Assembly (NCBI GenBank): GCA_963752255.1
Contig: CAVVXT010000014.1
Location: forward strand, 146,022-210,021
From: Nitrososphaeria archaeon
GTDB lineage: Archaea > Thermoproteota > Nitrososphaeria > JACIWG01
Direction of reading: 5' to 3'
Length of the DNA stretch: 64,000 nt
This document shows positions 51,275 to 61,299 of this stretch, piece by piece (position 1 is the stretch's first letter; every line of letters starts with the position of its first letter). A program made the position numbers and the translations under genes. The notes below the pieces were generated by a model. It had not been told where the DNA came from. It did no database searches and saw only the letters and a program-made list of their open reading frames with translations.

Positions 51275-52345
51275 CTATTGCTTAGGATGACGATAAATCT
51301 CTGGATTCAATACGTTTTCCATTTTCTCTCCACGTAAAAATCTTGCAATATCTTCTGTTAGGATACATGCACCTCTGTAGAACATGTCGTCAGATGGGCC
51401 TGCAATATGAGGTGTAAGGGTTATGTTGCTTAAATGGATGAACTTATTGTTAGGATCCTTGTATATTGGTTCGTTAACGAAAACGTCTAGGGCAGCACCT
51501 GCTATATTCTTTTCCATTAAGGCGTTGTACAGTGCATTTTCATCTATGACTTCTCCTCTCGAAGTGTTTATGAGAAAAGCTGTTTTCTTCATTAGGGCCA
51601 GTTCTTTTTCTCCAATTAGATGTGTAGTCTGCGGAGTTAATCTCATATGGATTGTTACAAAATCTGCCGTTTTGAGTAGAGTATTCAAGTCCACCTTTTC
51701 CGCATCATAGTTCCTCATCGTCTCTTTAGGGACAAAGGGATCATATCCAATAATTTTCATACCAAACCCCTTAGCTCGTTCAGCAACCTTGCTCCCGATT
51801 TTTCCGAAACCAACTATGCCTATGGTCTTTTCTCTTAATTCAGGTATAGACTTTCTCCAATTTTCAGTGGAAGCAGGGTATGTCCCATTACGTACGGCTT
51901 CAAACGACCTTGCAATATGTCTGATCTCTGCCAAAATAAGGCCCATCGTAAAGTCTGCAACTGAATCAGCGTTTCTGCCAGGTGAATTGATTACTGGTAT
52001 ATTTTTGTTCGTTGCGGCTTGCACATCAATATTTACTGGCGTCGATCTATTGCATGCGACCAATTTTAGGTTCTTTGCTGCCTCAAAAACTCTCTCGGAT
52101 ACTGGAGAGAACTGCACGACAAGTATTTCTGTGTCCTTGGCTAAGTTAGCCACTTCTAAAGGATTTCCAGAATATTCTTTTATCCTCTTATATTCTGGCT
52201 TGTGGTCCCATCCTTCATATTCCTCCTTCAGCTCATAAAAGCTAATGTCTACTTTGCTATATAGATCTCCTAGATACTCTCTGAAAGCTTTTCTCCATTT
52301 TTCTTCAGGCAGAAATTTATCTGGGATGACAGCTATTTTCATCAA
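51275..52345 (-). CDS. D-2-hydroxyacid dehydrogenase (SerA-like catalytic domain)
   Basis: NADSVAD, GIVGFGKIG, INTSRG, LDVF..EP, TPHIAG. Confidence 0.93.
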   Translation of the reverse strand: MMKIAVIPDKFLPEEKWRKAFREYLGDLYSKVDISFYELKEEYEGWDHKPEYKRIKEYSGNPLEVANLAKDTEILVVQFSPVSERVFEAAKNLKLVACNRSTPVNIDVQAATNKNIPVINSPGRNADSVADFTMGLILAEIRHIARSFEAVRNGTYPASTENWRKSIPELREKTIGIVGFGKIGSKVAERAKGFGMKIIGYDPFVPKETMRNYDAEKVDLNTLLKTADFVTIHMRLTPQTTHLIGEKELALMKKTAFLINTSRGEVIDENALYNALMEKNIAGAALDVFVNEPIYKDPNNKFIHLSNITLTPHIAGPSDDMFYRGACILTEDIARFLRGEKMENVLNPEIYRHPKQ

Positions 52346-52665
52346 TTTAATTTACCTTAAGCATGATTCCAATATTTTTATTTATAAATCTTGCTAGAAG
52401 AGCAGGAATTAAATTTTTTATAACACTAAAAGATTGTTATATTAAAATTTGAAGTAAAAAATTGTAGTGTATGCTGTTCAATAAGATATCATATTGCTGC
52501 CATATTATACCGCGAAAATGTTGGATTGGAAGGCATTCGAGCGCACTGAAAAAAGAAGTTTTTAGGCGTTCAAAAAGCCTTAGAATAGGAAAAAAGTTGT
52601 ATTTCCGACATCAAAAACTAGAATATGAGAAAGATTTAATAGATGTTACTAGATCAAATGGTCTG

Positions 52666-54219
52666 TTGAAAATACAAGATAACTCGAAGGAAGATGGCTA
52701 TTTGATGGGTATTGATATAGGCTCGACTAATATCAAGGCAGTTATTTGCGATACGCACGGAGGAGAGGTGGCAGTAGAATCTATTAAGCTCCAAGTAGAA
52801 CAACCTAATGTAGGATGGGTTGAGAGAGACATGGACATCATGTGGAACTGTACAAAGGATGTGATCAGACAGTCTTTGTTTAGGACCAAGATAGATCCAG
52901 CTTCTATTATTGGAGTAGGGGTTTCTGGACAGGGTGATGGCTTATATCTCTTGGATATAGATGGGAAACCTGTACGCAAGGGAATCCTGTCCATTGATTT
53001 CAGGTCGGTTGATATCGTAAGGGAATGGGAGAAGAATGGGAAAAATGACAGTATATTCCCAGTCATAGGGCAGAGGCCTTCTATGGGCACTCCAGTCAGC
53101 ATTTTAGCTTGGCTTAAACGTAACGAGCCTAAAAGTTACTCTAGGGCAAAATGGATTATTTTTTGTAAGGATTACATAAAATATAAACTCACAGATGTAA
53201 TTTGCACCGATGAAAGTGACGCATCTGCATCTCTTACCGACGTAAAAACAAGAAGATACTCTGATAAAATCTTCGAAATTCTAGACTTGGAAGAATGTAA
53301 GGAAAAACTTCCTCAAATTATGCCAGGGTGGATCAAATGCGGTGAAGTAACCTCAAAGGCTTCAAGTGAAACTGGACTAAAAGAAGGGACAGTAGTTGCA
53401 TCCGGACTCCACGATATTAGCGCTACCGCTTTAGGCGCGGGCTGCGTAGAACACGGACAATTGCTTATTATTAATGGCACATGGCAAATAAACGAAGTGA
53501 TAATTGACAGACTAATATTAGATCCAAACAAGATATGCGTGACTAGAGCGACTGGGATTCCAGGCAGATGGATAATAGCAAACGCTTCATCGGTGGGAGT
53601 TACAAACCTTAACTGGTTCATTGATCAATGTGGAAGCGAAAATCGATTGGAAGCGGAGAAAATGAAAATGACGACACATGCATACTGTGATAGACAAATA
53701 GAGTCTATTCCAGCTGGCTCAGAAGGAGTTTTATATCATCCTTTCCTTTATGGTTTTGGTTATCTACCTAACGCGAAAGCGGGCTTCTACGGAATTGATG
53801 GTAGACATTCGCAGAAGCACTTACTAAGGGCTGTTTATGAAGGTGTGGCATACTTATCGTTCATGCAAATTGAGGATTTAAGAAAAGTTGTTGACATAAA
53901 AGAAGCGAGGATTGCAGGTGGAGGAAGTAAGAGCAGAATCTGGGTTCAGATATTTTCAGATGTAATGAATTTCCCGATTAAGGTGCCACGTAGTAGCGAG
54001 TTGGGGGCATTGGGAGCTATAATGATCGCTGGAATCTGCACTGGAGTCTACAGAAATCATGAGACAGCTGTGAGAGAAGCCACCTCAGTATCTTACGAAT
54101 CGATACCGAATCCGGAGAACGTACAAAAGTACAGATCAATTTATAAGATATTTAAGAAGTCAATATATAGAATGTCAGAAACTTGGAATGAACTTGAAAG
54201 CTTGAGAATGAGTCAATAA
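52666..54219 (+). CDS. FGGY carbohydrate kinase (L-xylulose/erythritol kinase-like)
   Basis: GIDIGSTNIKA, SGQGDG, KDYI, GLHD, GTW, GGGSKS; likely TTG start 52666. Confidence 0.9.
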   Translation: MKIQDNSKEDGYLMGIDIGSTNIKAVICDTHGGEVAVESIKLQVEQPNVGWVERDMDIMWNCTKDVIRQSLFRTKIDPASIIGVGVSGQGDGLYLLDIDGKPVRKGILSIDFRSVDIVREWEKNGKNDSIFPVIGQRPSMGTPVSILAWLKRNEPKSYSRAKWIIFCKDYIKYKLTDVICTDESDASASLTDVKTRRYSDKIFEILDLEECKEKLPQIMPGWIKCGEVTSKASSETGLKEGTVVASGLHDISATALGAGCVEHGQLLIINGTWQINEVIIDRLILDPNKICVTRATGIPGRWIIANASSVGVTNLNWFIDQCGSENRLEAEKMKMTTHAYCDRQIESIPAGSEGVLYHPFLYGFGYLPNAKAGFYGIDGRHSQKHLLRAVYEGVAYLSFMQIEDLRKVVDIKEARIAGGGSKSRIWVQIFSDVMNFPIKVPRSSELGALGAIMIAGICTGVYRNHETAVREATSVSYESIPNPENVQKYRSIYKIFKKSIYRMSETWNELESLRMSQ

Positions 54220-54406
54220 GAGAGCTAAGTTTAGAAACTCAAAACAAATTTTAGACTAAGATTAAGATAAAGTTGAGATGCCTAATATGTGATAACTTCA
54301 CTAAACAATGCCAAAGAACATAAGGTAGGTTACTGCTCTTAAACTATTGGACTCGAAAAAAAGATTATAACCAAAGCTTGGCATTTTATCATCGTGGTGT
54401 TTTATT

Positions 54407-55915
54407 TTGTCTGACAAGAATTTTGTAATTGTGCTTGATGCAGGAGGAAGTGGGGCAAAGTGCTCTATTCTGACAACAGAAGGAAAGATCATAGGAGATT
54501 CTATCAAAGAATGGAATCGCAACAAATGGGATCCTACGACTGGTTGGGAATCTTTCAAGAGTGTAATACGGGATACTCTCGGGAGGACAAATGTAAACCC
54601 ATCTCAAATCTTGGCTATAAGCTCAACTGCATTTAGAGAAGATTTTGTGCTTATCGACAAGAAAGGCGAAGAAATTCTTTTTTCCCCTGATGATAGAATC
54701 TTCACCATAGGCAAGGATTTAGAAGAGAGATTTGGCAAGGAAATGTACCGGAGATCAGGACATTGGCCCACAACACCCCTGATGCCACCAACAAGGTTAC
54801 TTTGGCTAAAGAAGCATGATCTAAATTCATTTTGTAAAGTTTCTAAGATGCTAATGGTAAGCAATTGGATACTTTATAGATTGACAGGTGAATGCGCCTG
54901 TGAACCTTCTAATGCTGGTTCATCCTGCTTATTCGATGTTTTCAAGAAAGACTGGAATTGGAAAACGATCAATGAAATTGGTTTACCAGAAGAGATATTT
55001 CCAAAGGTACTCCAAAGTAGCGAGATTCTAGGAGAAGTTAGCCCGAAAGCTTCTTCTGAAACAGGTTTAACAAAGGGAACCTTAGTCGCCATGGGAGGAG
55101 CTGACGCACAATGTGGTATCCTTGGCTCTGGGGGAGTCGATGTAGGTGACACTGTGGCTGTTGGAGGAACTACTACACCTATTCTTATGGTGACAGACAT
55201 ACCTATTATTGATAGAAAAATACGAACGTGGTTTGGCAATCATGTTGTATCAGGAAGATTTTTCATAGAAAGCAATGCGGCAATCACTGGTTGGAATTAC
55301 AGGTGGTTCAGAGATAACTTTGCCGAGCTAGAGACAATGGCATCGAAGGCCATCGGTGTAGATGCATATGAAATCCTAAACCGTGAGGTGGAATCTGTTC
55401 CTGCTGGTCATTCAAAAGTGCTAGCATTTTTAGGTTCAATTATAATGAACCAAAAAAAGTGTGCTCTTCCAAAAGGTGCTATTATGGGACTGGAAACATG
55501 GGCATCAGAACCTACTAGAAAGGCTGAAATCGCGAGGTCAATAATCGAGAGCGCATGCTATGCTATAAGAGCAAACTGCCTACAAATTGAAGAAATAACA
55601 AAGGATAAGATTAAGAAGTTTGGATTTTGTGGTGGAGAGTCCAAGAGCCAGATTTGGTGTCAAATATTAACTGATGTACTTGGTAGGCCTATTACAGTTC
55701 CTATAGTCAATGATTCCACTACTGTTGGTGTATCACTTTGTGCATTAGTTGGTGGGGATAGGTATAGTAATTTATTAGAAGCGGTAAAGGCGTGTGTTAA
55801 GACAAAATCTGTTGACCCCATCCAAAAAAATGTTAAGATATACGATAAAGGTTATTCTAAATGGAGAAAAGTGTATGACAAGATTCAAGAAATTTCATCA
55901 TTGATAGATAGTTGA
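54407..55915 (+). CDS. FGGY carbohydrate kinase (LsrK/AI-2 kinase-like)
   Basis: LDAGGSGAKC, STAFRE, EPSNAGSS, GGADAQ, ESNA..TG...RWFRD. Confidence 0.85.
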   Translation: MSDKNFVIVLDAGGSGAKCSILTTEGKIIGDSIKEWNRNKWDPTTGWESFKSVIRDTLGRTNVNPSQILAISSTAFREDFVLIDKKGEEILFSPDDRIFTIGKDLEERFGKEMYRRSGHWPTTPLMPPTRLLWLKKHDLNSFCKVSKMLMVSNWILYRLTGECACEPSNAGSSCLFDVFKKDWNWKTINEIGLPEEIFPKVLQSSEILGEVSPKASSETGLTKGTLVAMGGADAQCGILGSGGVDVGDTVAVGGTTTPILMVTDIPIIDRKIRTWFGNHVVSGRFFIESNAAITGWNYRWFRDNFAELETMASKAIGVDAYEILNREVESVPAGHSKVLAFLGSIIMNQKKCALPKGAIMGLETWASEPTRKAEIARSIIESACYAIRANCLQIEEITKDKIKKFGFCGGESKSQIWCQILTDVLGRPITVPIVNDSTTVGVSLCALVGGDRYSNLLEAVKACVKTKSVDPIQKNVKIYDKGYSKWRKVYDKIQEISSLIDS

Positions 55916-55974
55916 TACTATTTAATTACAATTCTTTGTCTTAGTCCGATGAAAAAAGAAAAGCTAAGTTTGCA

Positions 55975-56600
55975 ATGTAAATTTAAGGACATGTTAAAGG
56001 AACATCTTAAAAACCGTTAAAGAACCCTTTAACCTTTAAATTTAAAGGAGCTTAATAGTCCAACTGGGCACAGACGGTAAAGAACGTTAAAGAACAGTAT
56101 AACCTTTAAATCACTTCATGCAGTTTAAAGGAGTAAAGCTTTATCATAAAGAAAATAAAGAAAATAAAGAACGGATAAAGAAAAATAAAGCGAACGAATA
56201 GCACGAACACAGCGAACAAGGGAACTTTTAAAGAAAAATAAAGAGCTGTTAAAGGAATTTAAAGACTTTTAAAGGAAATTTAAAGAAACTTTAAAGACGT
56301 TTAAAGAACTCGTAACCTGTAAATTTACGGATGCTTAACTGTTCAACTGGGAACAGAGGGTAACAGGCGTAAAAAAAGGTACATCCTTTAAACTGCTTCA
56401 TGCAGGTTGCGGAAAGCCTAACGTAATTTACGGAGTTTACGGCCTTTTACGATGATTTTACGGGCGCGTAAAAAAAGTTTACAGAATTTACGGAGTTTAC
56501 GGTATTTTGTATGCTCGTAACAATCAAGATCATAAGAGCATTTAAGGGTATAAGAAATTTAAGAACTTTAAGAACTCCTATTTAGGAAATTTAGGAACTC
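55975..56600 (+). repeat. Non-coding ~10-bp periodic repeat block with changing core word and an internal ~110-bp duplication
   Basis: About 20 TAAAG words, a CGAAC patch, about 8 TTTAC(G), then TTTAAG/TTTAGG; 56016-56126 is similar to 56300-56408. Confidence 0.8.
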
Positions 56601-56667
56601 TGAACCTATAATTTAACAGAATCGCTCTTAGAGAACTTTAAATATGTGCAATGGAAAATTAAATAAT

Positions 56668-57462
56668 ATGAAGTTAGAGAATAAAGTTGCATTAATAACA
56701 GGGTCTTCGCGTGGAATAGGTAGAGCAACCGCACTTACGCTCGCTAAAGAGGGAGCAAACGTAGTTGTAAATTATTCTAAAAGTAAAGATCAAGCAGAAG
56801 AAGTTCTTGATAAAATAATAAAAATGGGACGGAAAGCTATCGTCGTTAAAGCAGATGTCTCAAAAAAAGAAGAGGTCTTTAATATGGTAAATAGAGCATT
56901 TAACGAATTTGGCAAAATAGATATACTGGTGAACAACGCTGGGAGTGCCGTAAATAGTCCTAGTTACCTAGAGGCGACAAAAGACGACTGGGATTATGCT
57001 ATGGGAATCAATGTCTATGGAGCGTACTACTGTGTTCAAGCAGTGGCACCAAAAATGATCGAAAGAAAATACGGTAAAATTATCAATATATCTTCAATTA
57101 CAAGTTTAGGAACACCTGGAAAAATAAGTTCAAACAGTGTCTCTTATGCGCCTTCTAAGGCTGCACTTAATGTGCTTACTAAAAGATTATCTTATGTTCT
57201 TGGCCCACATAATATAAACGTGAATGCTATAGCACCTGGAATGATTATTACTGAAACCATGAAAATGCGTATGAACAATCAAGAGGGATTCAATAAGGCT
57301 CTTGAAGACATACAAAGTGCCACCTCGCTTAGACGTTATGGTGAACCTCAGGATATTGCTAATTTAGTTTTATTCCTAGCTTCAGACGAATCAAATTTTA
57401 TCACAGGTCAACTAATACTTTGTGATGGTGGAAGATTCGATTACTTAAGTCACAGCATATAA
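56668..57462 (+). CDS. Short-chain dehydrogenase/reductase (FabG-like)
   Basis: TGSSRGIG, NNAG, YAPSK, ITGQ...DGG. Confidence 0.94.
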   Translation: MKLENKVALITGSSRGIGRATALTLAKEGANVVVNYSKSKDQAEEVLDKIIKMGRKAIVVKADVSKKEEVFNMVNRAFNEFGKIDILVNNAGSAVNSPSYLEATKDDWDYAMGINVYGAYYCVQAVAPKMIERKYGKIINISSITSLGTPGKISSNSVSYAPSKAALNVLTKRLSYVLGPHNINVNAIAPGMIITETMKMRMNNQEGFNKALEDIQSATSLRRYGEPQDIANLVLFLASDESNFITGQLILCDGGRFDYLSHSI

Positions 57463-57545
57463 TCACCATTTTACGTATCTGCGGATAACTTAGAACAAAG
57501 GTAGATTGAAAATGGACGACAACCCGAAAGTGGACGACTATTTAA

Positions 57546-58001
57546 TTGATTCTTCCACAAGGTGCGATTGTAGGACTTGAAACTTGGTCATCTGAATCCA
57601 TTAAAAAGGCAGAAATTGCTAGGGCAGTAATCGAGAGTACCTGCTACGCTATTAGAGCAAACTGTCTTCGGATAGAAAATAGAGCGAAGAGAAAAATCGA
57701 GAAAATCGGATTCTGTGGAGGGAATTCAAGTAGTCAAATATGGTGCCAAATATTAGCTGATATACTTGGCCGGTCGGTTATGGTCCCTGAATCAAAGGAC
57801 TCTACAACTGTAGGCGTAGCGCTTTGCGCGTCAGTTGACGGAGGAAAGTACTCTAATCTATTGGAAGCTGAGAAGGTGTACGTTAGGAAAAGATCAGTTA
57901 ATCCCGTTCAAGGGAATGTCAAAATATATGACAATCTTTATGTTAAATGGAGAAAGGTAAATGACAAGATTTTAGAAATTTCCAAACTGTTAGATAATTG
58001 A
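57546..58001 (+). pseudogene. C-terminal fragment of a second LsrK-like FGGY kinase
   Basis: LPQGAIVGLETW...KAEIARAVIESTCYAIRANCL is colinear with the last ~150 aa of 54407..55915; N-terminal domain absent. Confidence 0.85.
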
Positions 58002-58256
58002 AATTAATTTATTTACGTCATTCCATCCGATTCTGACTAAAATTTTCCAGAATAGGAGATAAAATGTCATTGATTATATACACCTTCAAACCACTAAATT
58101 AAGGAACTATCTCTTCTTCCCGCTACCCTTCCATTTTTCATATTTCAAGTCCGAAACATGGAATCCACTTTGCCGTTTGATTTCGCGTTTCATTACTTCA
58201 CGCTAATATTCTAGAATCAAGGGCAAGTACTTTTCTGAAAACTTTCTAATCATACT

Positions 58257-58583
58257 TCATTCGTATAGTTTTATCTCAACGGACTTGAGTCTACTACCCA
58301 TAGCCTTGAAGCTATGATCCTCCCAGCTGTCAAAGATTATCAGTTCACCAACCTTAACATCGATCTCTCTGCCACCGCAGATCATGGTACCCTCACCTTC
58401 AATTATGAAATTAAATTGTCTCTCCTTGTGCGAGTGAACTAGTTTTGGCGCACATGAGTCAGGCTCTATCGTAGTTAACGTTATCCCTATTTTTTCAGCC
58501 TTGAACAGGTTCTGGTAATTGATAAAGCCTTTTTCGCCAGGGACCCTGTTGACATCGACATCTTTTTCATTGATTATTTTCAT
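58257..58583 (-). CDS. Cupin domain protein
   Basis: HSH.E.Q...IIEGEG...H motif. Confidence 0.88.
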   Translation of the reverse strand: MKIINEKDVDVNRVPGEKGFINYQNLFKAEKIGITLTTIEPDSCAPKLVHSHKERQFNFIIEGEGTMICGGREIDVKVGELIIFDSWEDHSFKAMGSRLKSVEIKLYE

Positions 58584-58646
58584 ACCTCTCTTCCACCAAC
58601 TTCTTACGAAGTTACAAAGAAAAATATTGTCCTTTACACACTGTAC

Positions 58647-59825
58647 TTAACTTTGACCAGAGGCAGCAGGTTTTTGTTCAGGTTGATAGGGGTGTTTAAT
58701 TAATACTTCTTCCTTGACCTTACCGATGCCCAGTCCAGGCTTGGTTGAAGGTATTATGTAGCCTTTCTCAATTTTTATTGGAACCTCCACAATTTCTGCA
58801 TGGAAGCCGCCCATGGTTTCAATACCTTCTTGTGCAAGGAAGTTTGGAACTGTCACATCGAGCTGTATGTTTGCTGCAGCGGCCACAGGTCCACAGTACA
58901 TCCAGGGTGATATCTGAGCATAGTATGCTTCAGCCATACCTGCTATCTTCTTAGCCTCGAGTATTCCGCTTAAGCCAACATTGACTTGTATAATCTGTGC
59001 AGCCTGTTTTTCGAGTAGAAGACGATAATCCCACTTTGTTGATAGCCTTTCGCCTGTAGCGATGGGAACATTTGTATGTTGAGCGACCCTAGCCATCTCA
59101 TCTATGTTTTCTGGTGGAACTGGTTCTTCAAACCATAATATGTCGTACTTCTCCAAGATTTTTGCTAATTTAATTGCACTATGGGTATTATATTGTCCAT
59201 GAGTGCCACATCCTATATCACAGTTGTCACCAACCGCGTTTCTAATATTCTTGAATACAGCATCAGCGTATCGCAGCTCCTTTAGAGAGATTTCCCTAGG
59301 CTGCGGTGAAATAGGATGTAGAGGATCAAGTTTGAAGAGTGTAAAACCCTTCTCTACTAACTTTAAGGCCGCAGGCCCAGCCTTTTCTGGTGGATCTCCA
59401 GCAGCCCAATCGTAAAGATATGTGTAAGCTCTTAACTTCTCATTTTTATTGCCACCAAGCAACCTGTATATTGGTTGGTTCAACGTCTTCCCAACGATGT
59501 CCCAGCATGCCATCTCGTAGGCGGCTATGACCTGACCTGTGAGGATTCCGGGATGTTGGAAGAAGTGAGCAGAATATTCTTTTGTTGATTTGTATAACGC
59601 TTCCCAGATTTTTTCAATATCGAATGGATCCTGTCCGATGATGTATTTTTCGCTAAGCTCCTTAATCAACTGCACTAGAGTATATTGTCTCAAGAATGAT
59701 GCGTTACACTCGCCCCAGCCTTCTATACCCTCATCGGTTGAAAGTTTTAGAAAAACCCAGTTGCGTCCACCACGATAGGGTGGCGGATTTCCAACAATGT
59801 AGGTCTTCACATCAGTTATTTTCAT
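58647..59825 (-). CDS. Mandelate racemase/muconate lactonizing enzyme family (DgoD-like dehydratase)
   Basis: EMACWDI.GK, KLDP, GTHGQ, WFEEP, IATGE, PGLG. Confidence 0.92.
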   Translation of the reverse strand: MKITDVKTYIVGNPPPYRGGRNWVFLKLSTDEGIEGWGECNASFLRQYTLVQLIKELSEKYIIGQDPFDIEKIWEALYKSTKEYSAHFFQHPGILTGQVIAAYEMACWDIVGKTLNQPIYRLLGGNKNEKLRAYTYLYDWAAGDPPEKAGPAALKLVEKGFTLFKLDPLHPISPQPREISLKELRYADAVFKNIRNAVGDNCDIGCGTHGQYNTHSAIKLAKILEKYDILWFEEPVPPENIDEMARVAQHTNVPIATGERLSTKWDYRLLLEKQAAQIIQVNVGLSGILEAKKIAGMAEAYYAQISPWMYCGPVAAAANIQLDVTVPNFLAQEGIETMGGFHAEIVEVPIKIEKGYIIPSTKPGLGIGKVKEEVLIKHPYQPEQKPAASGQS

Positions 59826-59984
59826 GTTTTCCTCTCATAGAACCCGTATATATAATATTTATTAAATACGGAACTGATTTGTGAGTTAAGTTCTCATCGC
59901 ATTTAAAGATTGTCTTTCATATTCTAAAAAAGGTTAAGAGAAAGAAAAAAAGACTTATATGCAAAATCTCAAGTATACGTATTC

Positions 59985-61124
59985 ATGAGAATAACAGAAG
60001 TTCAGACATATGCGGTTAAGAATCCTCCTCCGCATCATGGAGGACTAAACTGGATATTTATAAAACTAGTGACGGGCAACGGAATAGTGGGCTTCGGCGA
60101 AGCCTACAGTGTACCGTTTAACCCTCAAACTACTGTGAATCTGATTCAAGACGTCGGTATAAGCGATGTTGTTGGCTCTGATCCTTTCAAGATAGAAAGT
60201 CTGTGGCGTAAACTATACACTAGAATGTACACGGAGCATCCTGATCTGATCATGTTGGGAGTGATCAGCGCATTTGAAATGGCATGCTGGGATATTATAG
60301 GCAAAGCCTTGGATCAACCTATCTACAATCTACTCGGGGGGAAATACCATGAAAAACTGAGGTCTTACACTTACATCTACCCGTACGCAGCTGGTGAAGG
60401 TTTGTTCGATGACCTAGAGCGTTTTGCACAAAGGGCAATGGAATATGTAAAGCAAGGCTTTACCGCTCTTAAGTTCGATCCGCTTGGGCCTGCCGTATCT
60501 TCTCCCGAGCAACCTTCATTCGAAACCCTCCAGAACGTAGAAGCTATTGTTAGAAGTGTGCGTGAGACCATTGGTGAAAAATGCGACATACTGATTGGAA
60601 CCCATGGCCAGATGACGACCTCCGGTGCAATCCGATTGGCTAAGAGGCTTGAGAAGTACGATCCGTTGTGGTTCGAGGAGCCTGTTCCCCCAGAAAACGT
60701 GAAGGAAATGTCTAGGGTTGCCCGATCTACGAGCATACCTATAGCAACCGGTGAGAGGCTGTCAACGAAATACGAGTTCGCTGAATTGTTAGAGAAGCAA
60801 GCAGCGTCGATTCTACAGATGGCCCTTGGACGAGTTGGAGGGATCCTAGAAGCTAAGAAGATTGCTGGGATGGCGGAAGCACATTATGCGCAGATCGCGC
60901 CTCACCTATACGCCGGCCCAATCGAAGCTGCCGCGAATATTCAAATTGATACCTGTAGCCCCAACTTCTTGATTCAAGAAGGAATAGAAACGTTGGGTGG
61001 ATTCCACACCGAAATTCTAAAGGAACCTATACGGTGGGAAAATGGTTACATAATACCGCCGACTAAACCTGGCCTCGGCGTGGAATTAAACGAGGAAGTT
61101 GTAACACAACATCCAGCCTATTAA
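59985..61124 (+). CDS. Mandelate racemase/muconate lactonizing enzyme family (paralog)
   Basis: EMACWDIIGK, KFDP, GTHGQ, WFEEP, IATGE, APH. Confidence 0.92.
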   Translation: MRITEVQTYAVKNPPPHHGGLNWIFIKLVTGNGIVGFGEAYSVPFNPQTTVNLIQDVGISDVVGSDPFKIESLWRKLYTRMYTEHPDLIMLGVISAFEMACWDIIGKALDQPIYNLLGGKYHEKLRSYTYIYPYAAGEGLFDDLERFAQRAMEYVKQGFTALKFDPLGPAVSSPEQPSFETLQNVEAIVRSVRETIGEKCDILIGTHGQMTTSGAIRLAKRLEKYDPLWFEEPVPPENVKEMSRVARSTSIPIATGERLSTKYEFAELLEKQAASILQMALGRVGGILEAKKIAGMAEAHYAQIAPHLYAGPIEAAANIQIDTCSPNFLIQEGIETLGGFHTEILKEPIRWENGYIIPPTKPGLGVELNEEVVTQHPAY

Positions 61125-61299
61125 CCGTAGAATTCTGGGTTGAGGTTTAACACCTAAATCGGACATAAGTAGCTCTTTCTCCTACTGCGAGGCAGATGTA
61201 GCGCTATCCAGTAAAACATGAAATGTTCACACCTTACACCATGCATCTGTATTCTATCAAAGAATTATATTTATATACTAAAAGATAGAATAAAACTTT

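Noticed and set aside
39697-54219. Long N-terminal extensions on pirin (to 40782), the MalG-like permease (48032) and the FGGY kinase (52471)
   Set aside because: Extensions lack domain-like features or overlap promoters and neighbouring genes; treated as ORF-caller over-extension, unlike the wHTH extension on transketolase.
30210-56600. Possible CRISPR arrays at 30.2, 31.8 and 56 kb
   Set aside because: Repeat words are 5-7 bp with 3-6 bp linkers, not 24-47 bp repeats with unique spacers; no cas genes seen.
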